From Haplodiscus bocki (lineage: Eukaryota), in the NCBI GenBank assembly GCA_965655095.1, contig OZ296656.1:44640001-44704000 (forward strand): a stretch of DNA of 64,000 nt, given 5' to 3'. The translations under genes were made by a program, and so were the position numbers. Each line of letters opens with the position of its first letter. The stretch's first letter is position 1. The notes beneath the pieces were generated by a model. It saw nothing but the letters and a program-made list of their open reading frames with translations. It was not told where the DNA came from and did no database searches. Below, one piece after another: positions 1 to 10,720 of the stretch.

Positions 1-691
1 CTAGCAAAACGCCGTTAACGCCCTAATACCGACAAAAACCGCCGTTAACGCTGTTGTCCTACAACTGTTTTTTACTTTTTGTCTTCTTTTGACTAATACG
101 TTTTATCTTTTTAGATGTATTCGGCCTTTTCTATTTTGTGCCATATCTGAATCGGGCTGTTTGATTTTCAATAAGGTGTCATTTTCTTGATATCTATATT
201 CTCTATTCTGTTAGGCAGTTTTGGGGTCGTTTGGAGGTCACTTTCTCGTAGTGGATCCTGTCAAGTGGGCTTCATTGTGCCCGCGAGCTGAAAGCCTCTA
301 ATTTGAAACATACGACTGCTGTTTCCATCATCTGCAAACTTTTTTTGTGGAAGGCAACGTTATCCGACAATATGATTTCCGTTTTTTTTCCTTTTGACTA
401 GCTACCAGAGGAATTCCGAAATTGAAAACTTTCGCTCTTAACGTTGAACGACAGCGGCGAAAAATTTATCGGCGAATTTTTACTAAGATTGTGGCGATTC
501 GAAGTCCACCGTTATTTTCCTAAGATATGGGTGGTAATTTATCGGTGGAAATTTCCTAAAAAACGCCGGTAACCGCTGCTAAATTTCTAAGAAACGCCGA
601 TAACCATCGGTTTTTCGTACCGGCGTTTTCGCGTTTTTTCCGCCGATCCGTCGATATTGTAGAAAAATTTCGAGCAAAATTTCGACCCTGG
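1..691. mobile_element. Partial non-autonomous DNA transposon (right end), with CGCCGTTAACG-type subterminal repeats
   Basis: Clustered cgccgttaacg/cgccggtaacc motifs at 10-56 and ~455-660, ending in ttcgaccctgg (681-691). A similar motif cluster ending in ttcgacccagg recurs at 6145-6323. The left end is outside the window. Confidence 0.4.
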
Positions 692-2225
692 TTGTTGAAA
701 ACACTTTTCGTTGATTGAAAGATGGTCTCGTGCTGAAACTGTTTTTATATCGTACAAACCTTTGAGCACGGTTTCACATTCAAAATGGAACCAACCCTTT
801 AGATTTGCCGGTTTTTCAATGCTTTCCTTGAGTTTTTAGTTATTTGTGCATGTTAACAAGTATAATGCATGATAAACTTGGCATAGGCTTAAGCACGTTT
901 AAAAACTTTATTATACCTTGGGAGGTTTGATACAGTTACTGAATTCTATTTGTCAGTTGACCTGAAATATTGTTGCTTTCATCTAATCCCCCGTATTGCA
1001 GAGATTAACCACACCCCAGTTGAAAACACATTGATAGCATTGATGATTCATCGATATCGTCATCAAAAAACAGGCCTGTTCATTGAAAAGACAACGATGC
1101 GGCATCCATGCAACATTGATGAAACATTGATGATTCCGATGCAAATATTAAAAGTCACCAATGATTACAATGTGCTATTGCCTGAAACTTTGATGTTCCA
1201 GTAATGTTTCTTTGAAGATTCTTCGACGAAACATTGATAATTTTGATTGAAATATTGAAGATCAGTAATGATTACAAAGCACAGTTTTTCCAAATATTGA
1301 TGTTTCAATATTGAGTAGTGTATCATTGACGTTTGTTTCGCAAACTTAAGTAACAACAACAGGTTTAAAAAATAAGGCGAAGAGCAACAGGATGTGAAAA
1401 TATAAAACAAACGAAAATTCTGATTGGAATAAAACTGACCGAACTTTTTCAAAACAAAGACTCGAACTAAGAAACCAAGAACTAAGAATTCCGTTTTAAC
1501 AGGACCAGCCAAAATTTTCAGGCTCAAAGTAAGAAACAAGTTACGAAATATAAAACTACTACGTCCAAAATGTTCCGCTGGACACTCAAGAATCAATTTC
1601 AAGAACAGCAGTCAAGTTTTATCCGCTCAAAGTTCGAGTTATTGCTCTTTTTCTTTTCAAATGAACTTTTTGGCAAAACTTTTTGATCATTTTGATTGGA
1701 AATGATGAAATTTGAAGAATTCGTAAATTTAATGCCTGGAATTCAGCCATAAAAGTAGCAATTGCATCATCGGTGATTCATCATTATATAATTCATGATT
1801 CATCGATGTTACATCGATGAATCAGTGATGATTAGTAAAGGGGACATCGCTGGCTTCAAGGTGGAAAATCATTCAAAACAAGGATGAAACATTTAAGTAA
1901 AATCAGAGTTATCAATGTTTACGATATTCGGTTCAAAATTGATGTGTCATGCTCGCATGAAGGAAATACGAACTACATAAATATACAATGCGATTAACCT
2001 ATGTCCTTTTATGAAGCCCCTACGTCGATATAGTATCACCTAATGCGTACGAAAAGATGGAGCATTTTATACACTCAATATGAGAGCCACTATGCCATTT
2101 TATTTCCTCTCCCAACGATATGAACGAAATTATGTTTTATTTATAAATGTGGAAAATGACATTAATTACGCCTCTCTTATCGTTATCGATGCTACGCTCC
2201 ATAAACCAAAAATTAAGTAATCATT

Positions 2226-2716
2226 TGGAATTGAGGTGTAGCACACCTCACATCACTGCAGATATATTTCGCACCACGTTCATTTTATAAATTAGAGTGA
2301 ACCGCAACACACTTCAGTGCAATTCTTGGAAGCATCCTTAAAATTTACTGATTTGAGTGAACCGACATACACGCGACTCCGAAATTCAGATTGTACTACC
2401 TTTTATCAAAAGCAACGTTTATAGTGATCCGTTATACACATCATTCATAGTGCAGTCAAATTTGAACGTCAACAAAATTCATCAACGAGAATGAGCCGCA
2501 CCACACCTCACTCTCGAATGTCCGTATTTTACCGCAGCAGTAGTGCATTGTTGAGAACGAGCTCTAGCAGATCTCACTCCAGTGTTATTTATTAAATAAA
2601 CGCGGGATCGGGTTTAAAGTGTACTAATAGTATTGCCTGCGTTATTTCAAGTGTTTATTCAGCCAGTGCCAAGAAAACACGATTGATTACAGTGAGCCGT
2701 ACATAAGCTCACTTCA
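2226..2716 (+). repeat. Degenerate ~28-bp hairpin repeats at ~66-bp period with unrelated spacers, inside the solo LTR
   Basis: Copies of approximate consensus GAGTGAGCCGYAYCACACCTCACTC(CAGTG) at ~2230, 2295, 2355, 2422, 2489, 2555 and 2690. Several are self-complementary (tgaggtgt-agc-acacctca; agtgagc...gctcact). Confidence 0.6.
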
Positions 2717-3235
2717 ATTATCCAAAATAATTACATTCGTTTCAAATTAGTGCTTTTGGTAAAGGATTACGTATCTTATGTAATTAGAGAGACTGTCAGC
2801 ACATAATCCGCGCGGTCAAACCCACCAAGTTTAATTATAAAAGAAGGTTTGATATCAGAAATGAGTTAATTAAGATGGGTAATCGGTGATAGCTAAATAG
2901 GGTGAAGTTTAGCTGTGAATATGAGATCCAATGAGAAGCACCCTACTAGTCACGTGACTTAATTATGTCCGCAATTAAAGCACAATCCACTTGGCGCTAC
3001 TGAACACACAGAACCTTGATAGAAAACTGACCACGACACTACCAGTGTTACGCTGCTACAAAACTATTGTAATTTCTTAAGCCAGCAAATCTTCAAATAC
3101 GCTGAACTACACTCTGCCTTTGACTTAGTTTGAACATTTACATTTTCTGCTTGCTTCATAACCTCACTATACTTAAACACATCACCTACAATCAAAATTC
3201 AATATTTGAACCTTAACAAGACGTTTCCCTAGTTA

Positions 3236-3540
3236 ATGAGCGAAGAAACGGAAACTGGTACTCAAACGCTAGATAGTTCCTCTGAAACAATTGAATTAAG
3301 ATACAGACAGAAACTAGAGATGGAAACTCGAGTGAACAGTAAGTACATCAGCTGATGAATTAACAGTAAGCTCGGTTGATGAACGGATCAATCAACCGAT
3401 TGATCCAATCCTCAGGTCAGTAGAGGAATTGTGTGCTCTGTTAGAGGGTCGGACTGAGATGGAATCCACTGGGAACAGTGAAGCATCCGCTTCGAGGCGG
3501 AATATTGAGTCTATTAGCCCCTCACGTAGCCGGCACCACA
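3236..3540 (+). pseudogene. Gag-like N-terminal reading frame starting inside the LTR (frameshifted)
   Basis: ATG at 3236 gives MSEETETGTQTLDSSSETIELRY...; after a frameshift, VDERINQPIDPILRSVEELCALLEGRTEMESTGNSEASASRRNIESISPSRSRH runs open to the LTR's last base. Confidence 0.45.
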
Positions 3541-3683
3541 TGATTCATCATTAATGTTGTTGATGACAACATTAATGGATCATTATTTTAGACAATGTGC
3601 TCTCGACTTGGGGATCGTCAATTGATCTGTTTCATACAATATATCAAAAACGAAACCACTGCTTTCAAATGTTTTTTTTTCAT

Positions 3684-5000
3684 CTAGGCTTTAAGTGATA
3701 TGCAATTGAGAGGGAGTACTGAACTTCTTGGTGTCTCAGTAGAGCAACCGATAAAACGGTTAAGTTCATCTGGGTAGTTGATGTTGCAGTTTCCCGTGAG
3801 AACAATTGAAATAGAATGAAAGCACGACTTATCAATAATTACTGGGGAAGTATCAAAAAAAGATTCATGATTTTTTGACTCTTGTACCTCAAATTGAGTA
3901 GAATTGTCATTTTTCATTTACCGGAAAACTATAACAAGTCAGCCTTACGGCACCATTACTTTGCCAATCGAAAACAAACAGACTTTTCGGCAATCTGAGT
4001 GAAACTCTCGATGGCTCTGTGCAGAGATGAAACTGGGTCCAGGGTCAATGGGACATTGGGTCAGCCCATACGAAATTTAAGGATGGGTCAAGTCGGTCCA
4101 GGGTCTAAATCTAAATTTAAGGGAAATAAAATTGTTACCAATTGAGCCGTGGAGCGTTCAACCAATCACAGCGAACTAACCTAAAATTTATTCCAACACC
4201 GTTCAACAGTGTGATTTCAATCGATTTACAAGCTAAGTTTTCTCACTTGTTTTACGGTACGAGAACTTGAAAACTATTCAGCGTGAAGGGCAGAAACTGA
4301 GCTATTTTACACGAAGTGATATTGGTTAACCTTGTCAATCAAATTTCTGCTTTCTTGAAACCTGCAACTAAATTGTTTGACTAGCTTGAAGCTTGACTTT
4401 TTTCAATTAGTTTGCTGTGTCCAGGGTCAGGGTTCACTAGAGTCAGAAGGGTCCAGGGTCAACAAAAGTGACCCAGTTCCATCTCTGGCTCTGTGACAAA
4501 ACGTTCCATAGTATTTCATAACCACCACCTTTGAGCCGAGTTCCGGATTTCCCTAATATTGTACTAGTTCCCTGTTTAGAGCCGAAGTATTTGAATAGGC
4601 TGATTTCCTCACGCCGGTCTTTGACTCTTAAACTATTCTGGATGCAGATAACCAAAACTAAAATTAAGGCTGAAAAAACGACTGCCCTGAGTTCAACCTG
4701 GACTGTTTTCTGTCCGTAGAAGGAGATGACAAATTCGGAGTTTCCGTGAAGTCGAGGAGGCATTCAATTTCGTGCGTCAAGCCTTTGCCAATTTGAATAC
4801 CTCTATTTAACTCGCCAGTTAACAGTGTTTGAAATGATTGTAGGAATTCCCACATCCAACAAATGAAAATCTTCGAGTTTCCAAAAAAAATTGGAGCAAC
4901 CTCCTGGTAAAACATGTCTTGTATTCCAAGAGGTGATTTTGTAAGTCTTGCTATAGATGATTCCATCACCAAACGAGTAGTTCCAAAAAACAAAGTGTCT
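3684..5000 (-). pseudogene. Decayed non-LTR retrotransposon (LINE) fragments: AP-endonuclease-like piece and a C-terminal RT-tail-like piece
   Basis: Minus-strand ILVLVICIQNSL..., ILGKSGTRLKG (like ILGLSETxL) and IVLTGNCNINY (like GDFN motif), split by the hAT MITE. GIQDMFYQ-ERLLQF resembles the LINE C-terminal YxERL motif. Confidence 0.4.
4022..4487. mobile_element. hAT-superfamily MITE (466 bp)
   Basis: 18-bp TIR cagagatgaaactgggtc / gacccagttccatctctg (17/18 match). Perfect 8-bp TSD gctctgtg at 4014-4021 and 4488-4495. Repeated gggtc subterminal motifs. Confidence 0.92.
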
Positions 5001-6144
5001 TCTCAATCTGTCGTGCGGAGTCATGGCCGTATTGAAATTATAGGCTTGCTAGAACGAGTTGGCAACACTTTAAAAAATCATCTTTCATGAAAAAATGAAA
5101 AATCGCTGTTGGTATGAAAAACGTACTGCAAAAAAAACTCGAAAAGCAAAGAATAATTGATTACATTGTTATTAAAAACTCATTGTTAATAAATATTTTT
5201 AAACAAAAGATTGCAAAGCTTTCAAAAAGTGTGGGGAAACCAAAGGGGCTTGGAATCTGAGCGTGAACGTGGTGGCCCTGCAATTTTCAGTGACCATGTC
5301 ATGACCAGCCAAGATTATAAAGACGCCAAACTCGTTAAGATTTGACTTCTTACTCAAATTCTTGCAAAAATTCCGACAGTTTTAATCTGAATGCTGTTTT
5401 TAAATTCTTTATTTTTTTCTTCCTGTTCATAACTCCCCTGGTTGAAAAACATTAAAATTTTGTAAGATTTCATATGTCACCGAACACTTTTTGAATGATT
5501 TTGGATGATTCATGATTCATATAAAACTTTCCATGCCTAAATTTTGTCCGCTGTTGTGATGTTTTTCAAGTTTCTTCAAATAATTACATAAAATTAGGCG
5601 GGGTTTTGTAGTTTGCTTTCAAAATTAACAAACGAAAAATAAATAAAGTTTTTCATGTTTTTGGACGCGGCTTGATTAATTTTACAAGTGAATAATTGTA
5701 AATCAAACTTACAATTTGGCCGCGCATTACATTAGAAATTACACAGATTAAGTTTATGAAAACCCACGCCGAGTCATATGTTAGCAAATAATAGCTTAAC
5801 GGTCATAGCGTCAAAGAAATATCAAATATGAACAGGTCTGAAGCGCTAGTGATTGAGTCAATAGAGGTGCGAGAACATTCACGTTTTCTATTTTACATTG
5901 ATATCTTGAACAAACGTTTGCTGCTGAAGTGTAAACATTCAAAATACATGTATGCTAGATGTCTGAATTTTCCATGTTTTATCAATTATTTGGCTGCATA
6001 CATACATGCAACTTGCATGTTTTATCTGTACGTCTCACTAGGGTCCCTTGTTTATTTGCTAGTTTGAAAGCCTTGTGCTCCACTGGGTGGTCGTTTTCTC
6101 ATATCAGCAGCTGGTTTATTTTTGGTTACATGCAGTTGACGACG

Positions 6145-6323
6145 CTACTTTTCCGGTTAAACGCTGTTAACGCCGCTATTTTTCCGGTTAAACGCCGTTA
6201 AATCCGCTATTGTGCAATGAAATGCCATTAACACCGCCGTTTTTCTGGTTAATAACGGCTTCTGTTTTGACATCCGTTAACGCCCTTGTATCGGAATAAA
6301 TTTGGCCAATGATTCGACCCAGG
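6145..6323. repeat. Subterminal repeats and terminus of a DNA transposon related to the 1-691 element
   Basis: Tandem ttttccggttaaacgc(t/c)gtta copies and gttaacgcc motifs, ending in ttcgacccagg. Confidence 0.4.
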
Positions 6324-6351
6324 TAAAACTACTCAATTAACGAAATGAACG

Positions 6352-6721
6352 TGTTGCGTATACAATAAACACGCCTTCGTTCCAGTCAAACTGAGTGAGG
6401 ATGGCTTAGCGGTAGCGTGTGCGCCTTTGAATCGATAGGATACCAGTTCAATTTCCGGTGAAAGAACTAGTTTCTTTTTTTTCTATTTTCCATAAATTCA
6501 CTAATTTATTGACCACTAGAAGTTTTTGCTATCGCACTTCTAATTACTGTCTGTTGATGTTTGTAAACAACCACATATTGATGATGTAAAATTGTTCTTT
6601 TCAAGCCAATACATCAAATTGTCCGATGATATCAGAACGTTAACGGCCGACGATAATTGTTAGTCAGTATTAATACATTATTCAGAAATTTTTATTATTT
6701 TTTGGAGAGTCATCGAAAACA
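6352..6721 (+). repeat. BEL 5' LTR
   Basis: tgttgcgta...gaaaaca; direct repeat of 14479-14831. About 13% divergent outside the tRNA-like block, with a 15-bp segment absent from the 3' copy. Confidence 0.95.
6399..6482 (+). ncRNA. tRNA(Gln)-like Pol III cassette in the 5' LTR (SINE-head-like, not a functional tRNA)
   Basis: A box TGGCTTAGCGG, CT-TTG-AA anticodon-like loop, B-box-like AGTTCAATTTCC with a T-arm stem, then a T-run at 6471-6482. No acceptor stem. Confidence 0.7.
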
Positions 6722-7420
6722 TTGTGGCCATAGAGAGGTGTCCTTTAAAGCCCGAGTATTTTGATGAACCTAGTAATTAGGTTTGAAATTTGAAACGAAT
6801 TGAACAGTCAGTGCTCGTTTCCTTTCGTCGAAAGCAGCTTGGAGCGTCTCCGGTCACACTATACCGCTAGGGATAGTTTAGCTGCTGAAGGCAAAATCAC
6901 CGACCGAGGAAACGGGAGCTCTCGAGAATTGTAAGAAAAAGCCGAAAAGAAGTGCGAGTGACGGTGAATATTTGGAAAAAGTGAAGAAAGACTTTGAGAG
7001 TAGTATGTGACCCACTGCTGAAGATTCTATGAAACGAGAATGAACCCAGCGAAGTAAAACATTGGCGATTATCTTTCACCTGAGATGATCAAAAACTTAT
7101 GACTCGTTCACGCTGATCGAATACATGTGGGAACTTTTCAATTGATGTCATTGCTCACCAGCAGAGAAGCCGGCAGATAAAGCCAACTTGTTGAGAGAGA
7201 AACTTAGATTCAGACTGAAAGCGATCGCTATAGATACTGCTCTCGAGAAGTTGTGAGCTAGGTCATCACCTTTCAACTGCAAACATCAAAAGAAAGCTTC
7301 CGTCGTATTTCGAGCTAAAGTTGAATGCTGAGCGTGGTAAATATCAGCTGTTAACAACCCGGCGTCAAAATTGCCCAAATCCGGGTCCCATGTGATTCAC
7401 CCGAAAATGTGCGAACTCAA

Positions 7421-8178
7421 TGTCTTATCTGCAACCGCCATTTTGTTAACAAAAAACGGTGAAACTCTCAGGAACGGTTTTTATATCTTTATATTCGTTT
7501 GAAGTAATACCGATAGCGAGCACCACCCCTCGAAATTTTTTGTCAAAATTTTCTTGATTGTGGAAACGTTGAATGGTGTTCCTTATTGGTGCAAGCAGTT
7601 TACATCGCGCTACTGAAACGCTAAGTCCCGAAGACAAGACATTGGAAAAGCGCAACATTTTCACAGTACCGGGACTTAGTTTGATTTATTACTCGAAAAA
7701 CCCCCAGAAGTAGTTCAAAAATCTTCTTGTATAACAGTTGATTGGTAAAACTCAGCTGGCGATTTGACACGATACGCTAAATAATTCCATTTCTGTGCGC
7801 GCAAGCAATGGTAATCGCCCATTTAGTATTTTTGAGCTACTCGAAGAAATGATTCCTTGTAACAACCAACTCCGTGTTCTGGTGTACTGTCCACGCGATT
7901 GTAACCCAGATAACTTCAACATTTTTAAGCAGCAAAAACTTTTAACGTTGAATAGAGTGAGAGACCTGATTTTTTAGACGAAACAGAAAAATTTTGATTT
8001 TTTTCGGCAGTACAAAGCCGTGCACCAGAGTCCCGAGTTGGAATTGAAAACACTCTCAGTAATTGTACATTATCAGAGCTATTTGAACGTCAAAATCAGC
8101 ACAAGGCGGCCAAAACAAATTTCGAAACGCGCTCAAAAAGCAGCACAAAACACTTCTTTGACCGTGATGTCTGCTTAA
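7421..8178 (+). pseudogene. Extra ORF upstream of BEL gag: decayed C2H2 zinc finger plus SGNH-hydrolase-like domain (may extend 5' to ~6780)
   Basis: CLICNRHFVNKKR*NSQERFLY at 7421 has C2H2 spacing with single-base changes at L/H/H. Frame 1 from 7573 reads MVFLIGASSL...TVPGLSL...AI*HDTLNNSI...KAVHQSPELELKTL to a stop at 8178, with a few in-frame stops. Confidence 0.6.
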
Positions 8179-8249
8179 CAGTAGTTTCCCGCCCTCAAAA
8201 GTTTTGTTTCATCGGTGTCCGAACTTGATTGTTTGGCTGAAGATTAGCA

Positions 8250-10720
8250 AGAACTTTGCCCCACTTGATGGTGTCCGGGCCTAATATCCTGGTTGAAGTC
8301 AAGGGCTTCCCCACTTCAGCTACTGTAAGCACCTACGCTGCATCTGTTCGTTCTCAGAGATCCCCGCTTGGTAAATAAAGTAACTTTAAGAAACACAGAA
8401 AAAAGGAACCGATGCTCCACATGATAGAGTTACAAAACTGTTCGAGAGTCGAGCCGAAATTGGAACCGAACTGATTGAAGTGCATTTTAGCATTCAAGAC
8501 ATCGTCCGGGCGACTGATAGGCACGTGCGTCTGGAGAAGCTAATCTGCACGTCTCAAGAAGTTTTAGCCTAAGCTGTTGCAAAAAAAGAGCAACATTTTG
8601 CGCTGGCTGACAAATCAAGCAATCCAGAAACACTCAATAATCAAACGGAAGGTTGATTGAATACCGTTGCCAGCGAAAATGATGATTTTCGAGTGAAGCC
8701 CCACAGTACATTGACACGCTTCAGCCGATTGATGATCAGTGCCAAAAGTCTGCAAAAAGTGGTCACAACACCGCCTCTAGTCGAACAAAAACGGCATCCC
8801 GGACGTTAAGTCAAAAACAGAAGGACATTTTGCTGAGCGAACTTGGCCGCAGGGAAGTTTAGAAGCAAAATGAGAATGCTTTACGTATTGCTAAACAGAA
8901 ACAAGAAATGGAGTTTAAAAGATTAGAGAAGGAAGAAGATCTTGAAATTGAAGCTCTGTGTGAAGAGAACAGGAAAAAAATAGCTGAAACAAAACTAAAC
9001 GACGTCGAGTTGATGGTTCACGTGTCTCAAGCCAGTCAAAATCTTGTAAAGGAAGGTTCAAAAACTAATTTGGATGATGATGCAAGTGGTCACCGGGTAG
9101 ATTAGTTGACAAACGGGTCGAAATCATATTGTGATCAACCTTCTCGGGGTGGTGATATCGAAACAGAGGAGGAAACATATGCTGGTGAGACGACAAGCAA
9201 GAAACGGCCTCACTTGCCATCTACAAGCAACGAATTAACGTTCTTACAAACACAATCTCAGATCCGGCAACCTGAATTTTCACTTGCTGCGTCGAGTCAT
9301 TTTTCGTTGAATACTGCAGCACCAGGGCTTGTGGTTCCATGAACGGCCAAAAGCACACGCCGTCGAAGCCTATGGAAAGCCAAGCAGTATTTGTTTTACC
9401 GGCAAGCAACAATTTCAGTACTGGACCATCGGCACGCCTGATAGAGCCGGAAGTTCATCAGTTTCCCCAAGTGTCACAATCTCAACAAGCCGAGCAGACA
9501 AGTTATCCACCGCGTGCGACAATTTCGACAAGAATTCCGGCAAACCATAATCTACCAAACTTGCGTGCATGGACGTTTTCAGTACAAACAACAAGTCATT
9601 AGCTGTTTGTTGTTTTTTTTCACAACCACCTGCAGCCCAGAGTTTTGCAACACATGTTGTTTCAAGTAAAGACACCACCACCTCAAGTCTGCCCGTATGT
9701 CCGATAGCAAGTGGAGGTCCCTTTTACTACTGTAATCCTCCAACTTTAGCAGCTCCGTTCATGACTACTTTGCCGGCTCCCGTTTCATCAGTTTCTTCGA
9801 GCAACCCGAATACTTACCATTTGCCGACTGCAAGCACAGTGCTTCCCCAGCAAATCGAAACTTCCGTGTCCCTGAACGATTTTGTGCAATTGGTAGCCTC
9901 TACCAAATACTACCATCTTATTGAGTGGAAACATGCCGAAAAGAACACTAACTCTCTTGAATATCATGAATAGTCTGGCTAATTCAAGAGTGCCATCGAC
10001 TCGACAGCGTTCACGAAAGATGTCGAACTGACTTTTCTCAAGACATTAGTCACTGGAAAATCAAATACAGTCATTGCTGAGTTTGCTTACTGTGGTACGA
10101 TGTACAGAGTTGCCTTGAAGATCCTTGAACGTAAATTTGGTCAGCCACAAGGTATTGTTAGTGCTTCCTGAACAAAACTACTTGACTTCAACCAGTGGTT
10201 GAAAAAGAAGGCTGAAGGACATGAGCCATAGAAAATGTCAAGTGGCAAAGGCAGGTCAGATGACAGCCCTACATCGAATGCTACCAGAACGAAACACGGC
10301 ACTAAAGTTTTTGCATCCGCCGCAAAAACTAATCAACGAAAAAATCCAGTTAACAAAAGCAAAACAACCGTCACTACCAATTCAAATTGTTTGGTCTGCA
10401 AAATCAAACGTCCTCTTTGGAAGTGTGCTGTTTTCCGACAAAAGACACCCACCGAACGCGCAAAGGCTGTAGTAGCTCAGACGCTGTGTTTCTTTTGCCT
10501 CCAGAATCAGCATTTTTTCAAACAATGCCCAGGACCCCATGAAAATAAAAAGAAAGATGTACCAAATCTCACAAAAGCCTACTACATGGTGCAGAGTGCA
10601 TCTTCCAACCCCAATCTGCAACAAAGCAACAAAACAAAGATGACGAATTTTTTGCTAAGGCAAGTAATGAATCTCGTGATCGTGAAACCAAAAGCTCCGG
10701 ACTGTCCTCCGTTATCAATG
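8250..10720 (+). pseudogene. gag: BEL gag (coiled-coil region, low-complexity linker, partly deleted DUF1759-like region, zinc knuckles)
   Basis: Charged segment 8908-9105. FKSAIDSTAFTKDVELTFLKTLVTGKS...LERKFGQPQ near 9985-10150. Knuckles CLVCKIKRPLWKC and CFFCLQNQHFFKQC. Start position approximate. Confidence 0.8.

Larger units (their letters stand above)
1945..3540 (+). mobile_element. Solo LTR (~1.6 kb, probably Gypsy-type)
   Basis: TG...CA termini with imperfect inverted ends (tgtcatgc / gcaccaca). 5-bp TSD tgatg (1940-1944) / tgatt (3541-3545), 4/5 match. The host TIR element's motifs resume right after 3540. Confidence 0.7.
1014..3613. mobile_element. Non-autonomous TIR element (MITE-like), interrupted by a solo LTR
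   Basis: Imperfect TIR: cccca-gttgaaaacacattg at 1014 versus the reverse complement of caatgtgctctcgacttgggg ending at 3613. Dense attgatg/catcgat subterminal motifs at 1030-1330, 1760-1830 and 3541-3590. No clear TSD. Confidence 0.55.

Noticed and set aside
1165-1602. 145-aa hydrophobic ORF
   Set aside because: Antisense of an A-rich transposon interior; no ATG start and no recognisable motif.
2226-2716. True CRISPR array
   Set aside because: Repeats are degenerate, lie inside a eukaryotic LTR, and there are no cas genes. Kept only as a repeat-spacer-like observation.
6395-6466. Functional tRNA-Gln gene
   Set aside because: No acceptor stem and a poorly paired anticodon stem; only promoter boxes and loops are retained.
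6722-6742. Primer binding site assigned to a specific tRNA
   Set aside because: tggccatagagagg is in the right place, but I cannot match it to a tRNA 3' end, and it is not complementary to the LTR's own tRNA-like block.
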